From IMG/VR virus record IMGVR_UViG_3300034126_000020, positions 212,811 to 276,810 of that record: 64,000 nucleotides of DNA. One strand, given 5' to 3'. Source of the stretch: a virus. Its lineage: Duplodnaviria; Caudoviricetes. The position numbers and the translations under genes were made by a program. Positions 37,783-46,121 of this stretch are shown piece after piece (position 1 is the first letter of the stretch; the number at the start of each line of letters is the position of its first letter). The notes under the pieces were generated by a model. That model did no database searches. It worked only from the letters and a program-made list of their open reading frames with translations, and was not told the DNA's origin.

Positions 37783-38805
37783 TTACAGGCCGGCCTTCTT
37801 GATAAGGTTCAGCAGCAGTTCAGAGTGCAGCGCTTGAGCGAGGCCGATTGGGACGCCCTTCATACCAAACTGGTTGCAGTATTCGAAGATGCCCCACTTC
37901 TCATCTTCGGTGATAAACAGATCCACTGACGACAATGGACCAATCACCGTCAGTACCAGTTCACGCAGGCCTTCAAGATCAGCGCCGCCCAGTACGTCAT
38001 TGATAGCGCAGATGTCGTTACCCTTGGCGCTGTTGGTTTCAGAGCCCGTGGCTTGAGCCAGACCGGTGTTGTCCTTGTCACGGATGTTGCGACGTTGGCA
38101 GTACGCGATCTCACCGCCTTGACCTGTCAGGAGACGGTATTCTAACTTGATGCCGGGTACATAGTCCTGAATGCAGAAGCCCTGAGACTGGATGGCTGTC
38201 AGACCTTCGTTCTCGAACTTCTCAGCAGAGGTTGCATACTTGAACGACGGGTCGTACTTATGCAGCTCAGGCAAGACGTCAGCCAGTTGAGTACGGCCTG
38301 TCTTTAGGCCATCAAGAACGTCCACCACAGCAGTCAATGGAATCTTGTCCGGGTCAATGAGGAACTGACCAATACCACGAGCCCCGTCCAGCGGCTTGAC
38401 CACGACGCGGTTGTCCGGGTTCACCAATTGACTGAAGCCGTGCAGTTGTGGGTTGTGATGCATCGTCAGCGGATAGAAGTTCTTGAACAGGTGTTCGTTT
38501 TCTTCATCGCTGTTCAGTTCCACCGCAGCCAAGAGACGCAGTTGTTGCTCGACCTTGTTGTACCGCTTGATGGTGTGCATCCGACGGGGAGGGAGCAGGT
38601 TCTGCATGTCCATGCCGTCGATCTTCAAGGAGCCGTCATTGACGACCACGTCGAAGTTGAAGCGGGCATGTCCACCGTTGATGCTCATCTGTGGATCACG
38701 GTGGAAGTAGACCTCGTAGTTACCGTTATCCAGTGACATCCCTTGACTCAGTACATCCCAATTGTTCATGGCATGGGAGGCCACTACGACATTGATACGC
38801 TTCAT
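37783..38805 (-). CDS. ATP-grasp ligase (RimK-like)
   Basis: VVVKPLDGARGIG, CIQDYVP...EYRLL, SSVDLF......IFEYCNQFG; AGGAG RBS. Confidence 0.8.
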   Translation of the reverse strand: MKRINVVVASHAMNNWDVLSQGMSLDNGNYEVYFHRDPQMSINGGHARFNFDVVVNDGSLKIDGMDMQNLLPPRRMHTIKRYNKVEQQLRLLAAVELNSDEENEHLFKNFYPLTMHHNPQLHGFSQLVNPDNRVVVKPLDGARGIGQFLIDPDKIPLTAVVDVLDGLKTGRTQLADVLPELHKYDPSFKYATSAEKFENEGLTAIQSQGFCIQDYVPGIKLEYRLLTGQGGEIAYCQRRNIRDKDNTGLAQATGSETNSAKGNDICAINDVLGGADLEGLRELVLTVIGPLSSVDLFITEDEKWGIFEYCNQFGMKGVPIGLAQALHSELLLNLIKKAGL

Positions 38806-38891
38806 GAAACACTCCTTTATTGGCTATAGGAGACGAACCCTATTTAAAACTTTACTGGATCATTCCTATGAATATATCTGGAGGGTTAACC

Positions 38892-39062
38892 ATGGCTAAG
38901 TGTTGGACTCCTATACAGGAACGCTACCTGCGCTTCAAGATGGCAAGTCCGTTAAGACGTCTTGAGATGTACCTTGAATGCGGACCTAAACCTGCTCCTC
39001 GGAAATCCCCTGTAGGTGAGCCGCATTGGAGAGACCTTCTTAACGAACAACGAGCGAGATAA
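38892..39062 (+). CDS. Small hypothetical protein (56 aa)
   Basis: GGAGGG RBS, TATG at 38867; MAKCWTPIQERYLRFKM... Confidence 0.5.
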   Translation: MAKCWTPIQERYLRFKMASPLRRLEMYLECGPKPAPRKSPVGEPHWRDLLNEQRAR

Positions 39063-39066
39063 TTCC

Positions 39067-39285
39067 ATGACCGATTCCATTCTGCCAATACGTCGCCGTA
39101 AACCACTTGTGCCTCGTTTTCCACGTACGCTCGGTGATAGCGATTGGCTGTTGAAGAAGTTAAGAGAAGCGAACAGTCCAGAGAACGAACAGTTCCGTCG
39201 TGACTACCTCGGTCAATGGACCGTACAGCCTGCTGATAAGGAAAAGCCCGATGGACCTGATCGTCAAACCGACCGTCAACTGTAA
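39067..39285 (+). CDS. Small hypothetical protein (72 aa)
   Basis: Starts 4 nt after the previous stop and overlaps the rSAM-3 start. Confidence 0.5.
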   Translation: MTDSILPIRRRKPLVPRFPRTLGDSDWLLKKLREANSPENEQFRRDYLGQWTVQPADKEKPDGPDRQTDRQL

Positions 39286-40336
39286 CTTCAAGTGCACGTT
39301 CTGCTCGAGCACTCATCTCTCTGAAGACGCCACCGACATTGTTGAGTTGGCCCAGATCGAGGAGTTCATCCAGCGGTTCCACACGCACACGATCATCATC
39401 AACGGCGGTGATCCTCTGATGATGCCTCCAGAGTACTACTGGAAGCTGATCGAGATCCTCGACAAGCATGGCAGTGAGGCCAGCATTAGTTTCACCTCTA
39501 ACCTGTGGCCGTTCTACAAGAAGCCAGAGTTATGGGAGGAGTTGCTCAAACACCCCCGTCTGGGCGTCACAACGTCCTTCCAGTACGGCGACAAGCGTTT
39601 GAAGGGCGATGGTACAGTCTTCAGCGAAGAGGACTTCTGGAACGTCTCAGACATGTTCCTGGAGCGCATCGGTTACCGCCCGGGTTTCATTGCGGTGATC
39701 GACAAGGACAATGAACACACAGTCCTTGATACGGTGCGTCTGGCTCAGAAGATGGACGTCGAAGCCAAGATCAACCATGTGGTCGCTTCGGGCCCCGTGG
39801 TTGTGAAGAAAGGGATTGCCATGGGCAGTATCGACAACTTCTTTACGCAGGCTGACATCTACGGCCACTACATCGAGATCTACAACGCCGGCTTGATGGA
39901 GTGGGAATACAACACCAAGCAGATGGCGAAGAAGCTCAAGCATCAGCACACGACCTGTCCATTGGCGCGTGAGTGTGATTCGGGCATCCGTACACTGCAA
40001 CCGGGTGGTGGTTACTTCTCCTGTGGTTCTTTTGCAGATGACGGGGCGTACCCGATCGACTTCAAAACCGAGATGGACGGTGGGATGGTCTATCCATTGC
40101 AGAACCAGCCGGAACTGCAAAGCATGAAAGACTCGTGCTACATCTGTCCGATGTTCAACATCTGTAATGGGTGTCGGAAGACGATCTCTGACACCAAGCG
40201 CATGGGGCTGACTGAACAGCACTGTCGCAAGATGAAGAGTCAAGCTGCCCAGATCATCGAAATCAATGGCATGTCCGCTCACCTAGAGCCGACGCCGTAC
40301 GAAGATGAATCCCTTCCCTTGATTGCACGAGGTTGA
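39251..40336 (+). CDS. Radical SAM enzyme with SPASM-type C-terminus (rSAM-3)
   Basis: From ATG 39251 (TAAGGA RBS): CNFKCTFC, INGGDP, CPLAREC..YFSCG..CYICPMFNICNGC..HC. Confidence 0.92.
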   Translation: MDLIVKPTVNCNFKCTFCSSTHLSEDATDIVELAQIEEFIQRFHTHTIIINGGDPLMMPPEYYWKLIEILDKHGSEASISFTSNLWPFYKKPELWEELLKHPRLGVTTSFQYGDKRLKGDGTVFSEEDFWNVSDMFLERIGYRPGFIAVIDKDNEHTVLDTVRLAQKMDVEAKINHVVASGPVVVKKGIAMGSIDNFFTQADIYGHYIEIYNAGLMEWEYNTKQMAKKLKHQHTTCPLARECDSGIRTLQPGGGYFSCGSFADDGAYPIDFKTEMDGGMVYPLQNQPELQSMKDSCYICPMFNICNGCRKTISDTKRMGLTEQHCRKMKSQAAQIIEINGMSAHLEPTPYEDESLPLIARG

Positions 40337-40337
40337 C

Positions 40338-40553
40338 ATGTCCTTTCCTATCTTGGATCAAATGGCGTTCTTTCCACCCGGTCATGAAGTCAAGCTTCAG
40401 ATCCCTGAGGTCTTGAAGAAGATCGTCCTCAAGCGCTGCGTTGAAAGCGTTGATGACTTCCTCGACGTGGTCAGTGATTCCCGGGGTCTTAAACTGAGCC
40501 CTTATCAACGAGATTTCTACAAATGCCTAAGTCAAGAATCAACGTCTCGCTGA
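40338..40553 (+). CDS. Small hypothetical protein (71 aa)
   Basis: GAGG RBS, fills the gap between rSAM-3 and rSAM-4. Confidence 0.5.
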   Translation: MSFPILDQMAFFPPGHEVKLQIPEVLKKIVLKRCVESVDDFLDVVSDSRGLKLSPYQRDFYKCLSQESTSR

Positions 40554-41455
40554 ACCCGTGGTACTACTGCAACTTCCGGTGTGACTTCTGTTACCTCACC
40601 GAGCAACAGTTGAGCGACAAGCAGTTCATCCCGCTGGACGTCTTTGAACAACGCATCGACGAACTGCTGGAGCACTTCGAGATCGGTCACATCGACATCT
40701 ACGGTGGGGAAGTCTTCCTGTTGCCTCAGCAGTACCTGATGGACATCAAAGACATCCTGCACATGCGGGGCATTGATGACATCGTGGTCGTCACCAACCT
40801 GTCGCATGTACCGGACATCGCTCATGACCCAGCGTTCGACATCTCGGTGTCGTATGACTTCGGGGCTCGTGAGAAGCACGACCAGGTGTTGCAGAACATC
40901 TTCCAACTCAGCAACAAGTTCAACATCCTGACGTTGGCCGGCCGTACGTTCTTGGATCTGGTGACCCCAGACGAATACGTGCAGACCATGAACGGGTTCC
41001 CACATCTGAAAGGCTGTGAGATCAAACCGTACAGTTCTAACCAAGCCAACGATCAGGACGTGTCGTTTAAGGAATTCGAAGAGTTCGTCTGGGCTGTCAT
41101 CAAACACCCCGAACGTAACTTCTATTTCGAGAACGAGACTCAGGTCAAGGAAGCGGTAGACGGTAGCCGCAATGCTTTCTCTGATGACCACATCTACATC
41201 ACTCCAACCGGCGATTACGCCGTACTGGAGTTTGACAAGAATGACCGCGAGTTCTTCCTGACAGTAGACGGCATCGAAGGATACCTCGACTGGTGCGGGA
41301 AAGAGTATGAGCGAGTAGCGGACAATCCGTTCTGTGCATCGTGTACGTTCCACGGCGGGTGCCTCTCTGAGCACTTGCGGGAAGTCACAACCCTTGAGAA
41401 CTCCTGTAACGGGTTCCGGGGTCTCTTGTTAAAGTGGGTGGAGCATGGAACTTAA
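40523..41455 (+). CDS. Radical SAM enzyme (rSAM-4)
   Basis: CNFRCDFC, IYGGE, VTNL, C-terminal CASC....GCLSEH....C. Confidence 0.88.
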   Translation: MPKSRINVSLNPWYYCNFRCDFCYLTEQQLSDKQFIPLDVFEQRIDELLEHFEIGHIDIYGGEVFLLPQQYLMDIKDILHMRGIDDIVVVTNLSHVPDIAHDPAFDISVSYDFGAREKHDQVLQNIFQLSNKFNILTLAGRTFLDLVTPDEYVQTMNGFPHLKGCEIKPYSSNQANDQDVSFKEFEEFVWAVIKHPERNFYFENETQVKEAVDGSRNAFSDDHIYITPTGDYAVLEFDKNDREFFLTVDGIEGYLDWCGKEYERVADNPFCASCTFHGGCLSEHLREVTTLENSCNGFRGLLLKWVEHGT

Positions 41456-42503
41456 ACACGTAGAGCATCGGCAGCGATTGGAGATCACCCTCGACATCTT
41501 CCGAGGGTGTCAACACCATTGTTCAGGTTGCATGATTGATAAACAGTTGGGGGGAGACGTCGATGACATCCCTCAGTTGGCAATCATGATCAAAGAGATG
41601 GTTGATGCAGGGTATGTTGCGTTTGACATGGGGATCGGTCCCACTGACTACATGTCTTCTGATAACACCTCTGACGTCATGACCCATCCGGTCTTTCAAG
41701 AAATGGCTCAGTGGTTTCATCAGGTCACGTTCAATGCTGCCTTCCTCGAGAAGGACATGGACAAGTACAAGACCATGTGCGAAGAGATCGACCAAGCCAT
41801 TCCGGGTAAGGCCGTTCGCTTCCTGATGCCTGCGGCTCCGCACTTCTTCAAGAGCGAGAAGTTCGGGGACATGATCAGTGAGAAGCTTGCGTTCGTCAAA
41901 GAGCACCTGAAGGTCGCTTACTTGAACGAGGCAGGCTTCGTGGTCAACTGCACTCACGAGACGGTGGGTGAAGACTTCGATGACTTGATGAAGAATGGGT
42001 TCGCTGTGGACTTCCCGGTGGACAAGGACGACATCTTGAACATCCCCTATGGTCGTCTCAAGGTCAAAGACCTGATGACCGCTCAGCGGATCACCCGGAT
42101 GTCTCACCGCATCACGCAGTTCTACTCAGGACTGAATGGCACGGATGAACGTCGTCGCAATCCTGACCTTTGTTACCACACCGGGACGATGGTCAACCTG
42201 TTGTACACGGCAGGCAAGCTGTATTGGGTGCCTTTCCTTAAAGACGACTGTCCGTTCCTTGAGGACGAGTTCGTCGTTCCTCGCCCCTGGTCTATGGATA
42301 ACCTTCTGAACACGCGTCAGAAGGCCATGGAGCGCGCTATGGAGTATCTGAAGGACACTCCGTGCATGAGTTGCGTCTACATGAGTAGTTGCAGCGAAAA
42401 AGGGATCATCAACATCATGGAACGGATGCAAATCCGTGAATGCCTCGTGGGGTTGCAGTATGTCGACAATGATTCAGAGCAGAGCGTTCAACCTAACGCT
42501 TGA
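41445..42503 (+). CDS. Atypical radical-SAM-like protein (rSAM-5)
   Basis: CQHHCSGC; GIGPTD in place of GGEP; C-terminal CMSC....C...C. Confidence 0.7.
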   Translation: MELKHVEHRQRLEITLDIFRGCQHHCSGCMIDKQLGGDVDDIPQLAIMIKEMVDAGYVAFDMGIGPTDYMSSDNTSDVMTHPVFQEMAQWFHQVTFNAAFLEKDMDKYKTMCEEIDQAIPGKAVRFLMPAAPHFFKSEKFGDMISEKLAFVKEHLKVAYLNEAGFVVNCTHETVGEDFDDLMKNGFAVDFPVDKDDILNIPYGRLKVKDLMTAQRITRMSHRITQFYSGLNGTDERRRNPDLCYHTGTMVNLLYTAGKLYWVPFLKDDCPFLEDEFVVPRPWSMDNLLNTRQKAMERAMEYLKDTPCMSCVYMSSCSEKGIINIMERMQIRECLVGLQYVDNDSEQSVQPNA

Positions 42504-43485
42504 GATTCTGCAAGGCTGTAAGTTCCAATGCGTCGGTTGCATGGTGGACAAGGACTTTGATCCAGGTCCCTTCAACAAAGACCGTCGAGAACTGTTGGAC
42601 ATGGTCGATGACATGAAAGCTGCTGGCTATCGCCTGCGAGAGTTCACTGTCGGGCCGGTGGACGTCATTGCCTCCAAGGCAGGTGTGGACATCCTTGACC
42701 ATCCGTTGATCTTCCAACTGGCTCAGCGCTACGATTCGATGGTGCTGCCGTTGGCTCTGTTGACGGACGACGGGTTGGAAGAGCTGTGTGAGAAGGTCAA
42801 CTTCTTGATGAAGGGTAAATCCTTCACCATCGCTACACCGTTCCCGCTCAAGAGCACGTACAACCCCAAGCATCAGGACCTGATCAACCGCCGTGTGCAG
42901 TTCATCATTGACCACTTGCCGGATGTGAAGTTCGAGTTGCTTTACTTGACCGTGAACATGACGGGTGACTCCATTGACCAGTTCAGTGTCGAGACCAATC
43001 GTGACATCCATCAGCTGGACTTTGGGGTCAAACGCTTGGTGGAGTACGTGTTCCCTCATGTGCGCAAAGGGTTCGACGACCTGCTCAACCGTTCTGCCTT
43101 CCTGAGGGCCTTTGGTAAGTTCTGTGACGTGATTCACGATTGCAAGGACACCGAGTTCACCAGGTACCTGATCAAGCCTCTGGCGGACTCTCTGGAGGCC
43201 ACGTACCGTTCAGGAAAGTTGTACTACACGCCGACCCTGATCGAGAAGTTCCCGATCTTCCATCATGACTTCGTCGTTCCAAAGCCGTGGTGCAACACGA
43301 CCATCGAGCAGTTTGAGGAAGACCAGTACATGGAGCAGTTGGTGAACAACAGCAACAACCAGCCGTGCAGCGATTGCATGCATCTGGACCGCTGTGCTCG
43401 CGGTGATGTTCAAGCCATCATGGCACACCTGTGCAGCAGCGACTGCCTTGTCGACATGAAGAACCGTTGGGACCTGCCAGTATGA
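42460..43485 (+). CDS. Atypical radical-SAM-like protein (rSAM-6), paralogue of rSAM-5
   Basis: CKFQCVGC; TVGPVD; CSDC....C...C; shared blocks with rSAM-5 (GCM.DK, AGY, GKLY, FVVP.PW). Confidence 0.7.
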   Translation: MSTMIQSRAFNLTLEILQGCKFQCVGCMVDKDFDPGPFNKDRRELLDMVDDMKAAGYRLREFTVGPVDVIASKAGVDILDHPLIFQLAQRYDSMVLPLALLTDDGLEELCEKVNFLMKGKSFTIATPFPLKSTYNPKHQDLINRRVQFIIDHLPDVKFELLYLTVNMTGDSIDQFSVETNRDIHQLDFGVKRLVEYVFPHVRKGFDDLLNRSAFLRAFGKFCDVIHDCKDTEFTRYLIKPLADSLEATYRSGKLYYTPTLIEKFPIFHHDFVVPKPWCNTTIEQFEEDQYMEQLVNNSNNQPCSDCMHLDRCARGDVQAIMAHLCSSDCLVDMKNRWDLPV

Positions 43486-43931
43486 TTGACGATAAGTGGT
43501 TTATCACTGTGTTCACTGAGCCGGTCGTGATTCCTGAGTGGATGATCGACCAAGCGTTCTGTGAGGTCAACAAAGCCTTCATCGAAACCCCTGAAGTCAA
43601 TGAGTGGGCAATCGAAACGATCCTGCCTATGATCAAGAAGCTTCTCGGTGACGACACGATCACCATCTGTGCCAACCACTTCCACATCGGAGCGGCTGGC
43701 CTGACACCTCATGATCACCTGCCCCATGCGTTCACGTCAGTGCTGTACCTGACCGACGCTGAAGGTGAGTTGGTCATCCATCTGCCGGACGGAAAGTTCC
43801 AGAATGTCGTGCCTAAGGAGGGTCGGTTGGTTTTCTTACCGGCTCACTTACTGCATCACGTCGAACAATCCCCAAATGACGAGCTGCGAATCTCGTTTGT
43901 GAGTAACTATGAATACACAACACCCGTATAA
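43482..43931 (+). CDS. 2OG-Fe(II) oxygenase (HxH...H type)
   Basis: PHDH..FTSVLYL...GEL...EGRLVFLPA.LLHHV....RISF; ATGA overlap with rSAM-6. Confidence 0.85.
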   Translation: MIDDKWFITVFTEPVVIPEWMIDQAFCEVNKAFIETPEVNEWAIETILPMIKKLLGDDTITICANHFHIGAAGLTPHDHLPHAFTSVLYLTDAEGELVIHLPDGKFQNVVPKEGRLVFLPAHLLHHVEQSPNDELRISFVSNYEYTTPV

Positions 43932-44343
43932 AGACTTTCAGCGCCTCTACAACGAGATGGTGACTGATCACCCCGACGCATTTGCCAACATGGAGATCGT
44001 CGAGTCAGAAGAGCTGGTGAACAACGCGTTGCATTACTTCCGTGAAGCGACGTTCCCGTTGTTCTACCCAGCCAAGTCGTATTCGGTAGCGATCATCTAT
44101 GCGTTCAAGCTGTTTGAACTCTATGGGATCAGCATCTACGACTCCTTGCGTGATGAAGACCTGTTCTTAGGTCAAGACCCTTTCTTCGTGCCGTACGACG
44201 AAGACCCAGACACCTACGACGCTATCTTGGTTGGGTTGCAACAGATCCCCAACTGGATTGAATCGGGCTGGGCACCACAGACAGTCGAGTACTGCCTGCT
44301 CGAGTGCACGGAGGAAGGGGTTCAATCCGTTCTTGGAGGCTAG
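43909..44343 (+). CDS. Hypothetical protein of the cluster
   Basis: 144 aa, acidic, overlaps the upstream oxygenase. Confidence 0.7.
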   Translation: MNTQHPYKDFQRLYNEMVTDHPDAFANMEIVESEELVNNALHYFREATFPLFYPAKSYSVAIIYAFKLFELYGISIYDSLRDEDLFLGQDPFFVPYDEDPDTYDAILVGLQQIPNWIESGWAPQTVEYCLLECTEEGVQSVLGG

Positions 44344-44344
44344 T

Positions 44345-44902
44345 GTGGAAATCATTCAACCCTGGAAGACTGAAATCGCTCGCATCAACGTCAGGGATCA
44401 GTTCGACATGGAGACCTTTGCAAACGAGGTCTTCATGATGTACTCCATGACGCAAGGGGAAGCCAATTCTCAGGAGAAGATCAACGCTGAGAACTTCCCT
44501 GTCACGATGGACATGCGAGACAACCTCATCACCCCTCTGATTCAGAGGTTTGCCAAGCGCTGCTTCGACACGACCTTGGAAGACTTCTACGTCGAGACCA
44601 ATGGCAAGTGGATTGAGCCGGGTGAAGGACTGTACCCGCATTACCATCCAGGCTCTGTGGTGTCTGCGATCTGCTACCCGTGCAACTCGGACAATGGCAT
44701 GACCATGTTCGACCCACGAGGCAATGCATGCCGCGGATACCCAAAACCTATGCGACAAGCCCACTTTGGCAACTTCAGTATTTCGCCACGGGCAGGGGAC
44801 ATCTTCATCTTCCCCAGCTATATCCAACACAGTGTCCCTCATGTGACGGAGGACATCAGACTGTCCCTGCTGCACGAGTACTACGTCACTCGAAACTTAT
44901 AG
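44345..44902 (+). CDS. 2OG-Fe(II) oxygenase (HxH...H type)
   Basis: GTG start with GGAGG RBS; PHYH..VSAICYP..DPR..P.AGDIFIFPSYIQHSV...RLSL. Confidence 0.85.
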   Translation: MEIIQPWKTEIARINVRDQFDMETFANEVFMMYSMTQGEANSQEKINAENFPVTMDMRDNLITPLIQRFAKRCFDTTLEDFYVETNGKWIEPGEGLYPHYHPGSVVSAICYPCNSDNGMTMFDPRGNACRGYPKPMRQAHFGNFSISPRAGDIFIFPSYIQHSVPHVTEDIRLSLLHEYYVTRNL

Positions 44903-44913
44903 AAGGCTCGATA

Positions 44914-45465
44914 ATGAACATCATCCAACCTTGGAAGATCGAGATCGCTCAACTCAACCTGTTGGATCGGGTTGACAACGACGAACTCGCTAACGAGATC
45001 CACATGCTTCATTGCTTGTGCCCTCGTAGCAGCCAGACTCCTCTGGACGTGACGCCTGAGCAGTTCCCTGCCTTGGCTCACTTCCGTGATGAGATCCTTC
45101 GACCGATTGCTGAAGAGTACATCCGTCGGTGCTTCGGTGTAGAGCCGAAAGAGATCACCATCGACACGTTCGGCAAGTCGTTCGAGAACGGCGAAGCGTT
45201 GGGTTCTCACCTGCACGGCAATAGCTGCCTGACCAGTGTGTACTACCCTGAAGATTCGAAGGCTGGCATGTCTCTGACAGACCCGCGCTTCAATGCTTCT
45301 CGTGGCTACCCACGCCCTGTACGGGACAAGCACTTCGGTGAGCATTACGTCGCTCCGAAGGCCGGTGACCTGTGGCTCATGCCAAGCTACATCCAACACA
45401 GCGTAGAAGCCAACCCGGCCGACATGCGTCTGTCCCTTATCAACGACTTCCACTTCAAGGCGTAA
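44914..45465 (+). CDS. 2OG-Fe(II) oxygenase, tandem paralogue of the previous gene
   Basis: SHLH..LTSVYYP..DPR..P.AGDLWLMPSYIQHSV...RLSL; IIQPWK N-terminus shared. Confidence 0.85.
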   Translation: MNIIQPWKIEIAQLNLLDRVDNDELANEIHMLHCLCPRSSQTPLDVTPEQFPALAHFRDEILRPIAEEYIRRCFGVEPKEITIDTFGKSFENGEALGSHLHGNSCLTSVYYPEDSKAGMSLTDPRFNASRGYPRPVRDKHFGEHYVAPKAGDLWLMPSYIQHSVEANPADMRLSLINDFHFKA

Positions 45466-45467
45466 TC

Positions 45468-46121
45468 ATGGCTGACGAACAACCTCTTTACGAAGGCGCT
45501 GATCGCGGTCACTTCCGCACCATGCGACTGATCGACAACGCCGGTGTCGCTTTGCGGGCTAACTGCCGCATCAAAGAAGCCACGGTCTTCAACTATCTGA
45601 GCGATCTTCAGTACGCCATCGTGGGTTACGCCATTGAGTGGTGGCCTGAGAACACGCTGGCTCCTCATCAAGGCGGTGAAGCATATCCGTACATCCCGCG
45701 TAATCGTCCGGGCGTGACCAAGCTGTACTTCCGCATGAAGACGTCGGTGACGCCTAAGCTGCTGTACTTGGAAGATGCGATCATCAACGACTTCCTGAAC
45801 AGCAAGGTGCTGGCTGAACCGATGACGCTCCTGTCCTTCTCTCAAGAAGCGGCTGAGCAGATCACCAGCGCGAAAGCCTGGCGCCTGTTGCAGAAGTCTG
45901 CGTGGGATTACGCCAACGCAGTTCACATCACCAAGTTCGAGGCGTCTGCCAATGGCCCTCTGGCGAAGGTGCAAGAAGGCCTGCGGTTCGACTGGCGTGT
46001 GTCCGGCCAAGAAGAACAAATGGAGATGGCTCAGATGAGCGACTACCCATTTGCTAAACTCCGGGATTGTTACCCGGCCATGCAAACCTACCTGGAAGGT
46101 CTCAACAATGGCGGCAACTAA
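45468..46121 (+). CDS. Hypothetical protein
   Basis: 217 aa, starts 2 nt after the oxygenase and overlaps the endolysin. Confidence 0.7.
   Translation: MADEQPLYEGADRGHFRTMRLIDNAGVALRANCRIKEATVFNYLSDLQYAIVGYAIEWWPENTLAPHQGGEAYPYIPRNRPGVTKLYFRMKTSVTPKLLYLEDAIINDFLNSKVLAEPMTLLSFSQEAAEQITSAKAWRLLQKSAWDYANAVHITKFEASANGPLAKVQEGLRFDWRVSGQEEQMEMAQMSDYPFAKLRDCYPAMQTYLEGLNNGGN

Noticed and set aside
32799-46121. Reading the rSAM/2OG cluster as a DNA hypermodification pathway
   Set aside because: Downgraded, not excluded: no dCMP/dUMP hydroxymethylase, nucleotide kinase, DNA glycosyltransferase or aGPT-type gene is in the window, and the linkage is to late genes.
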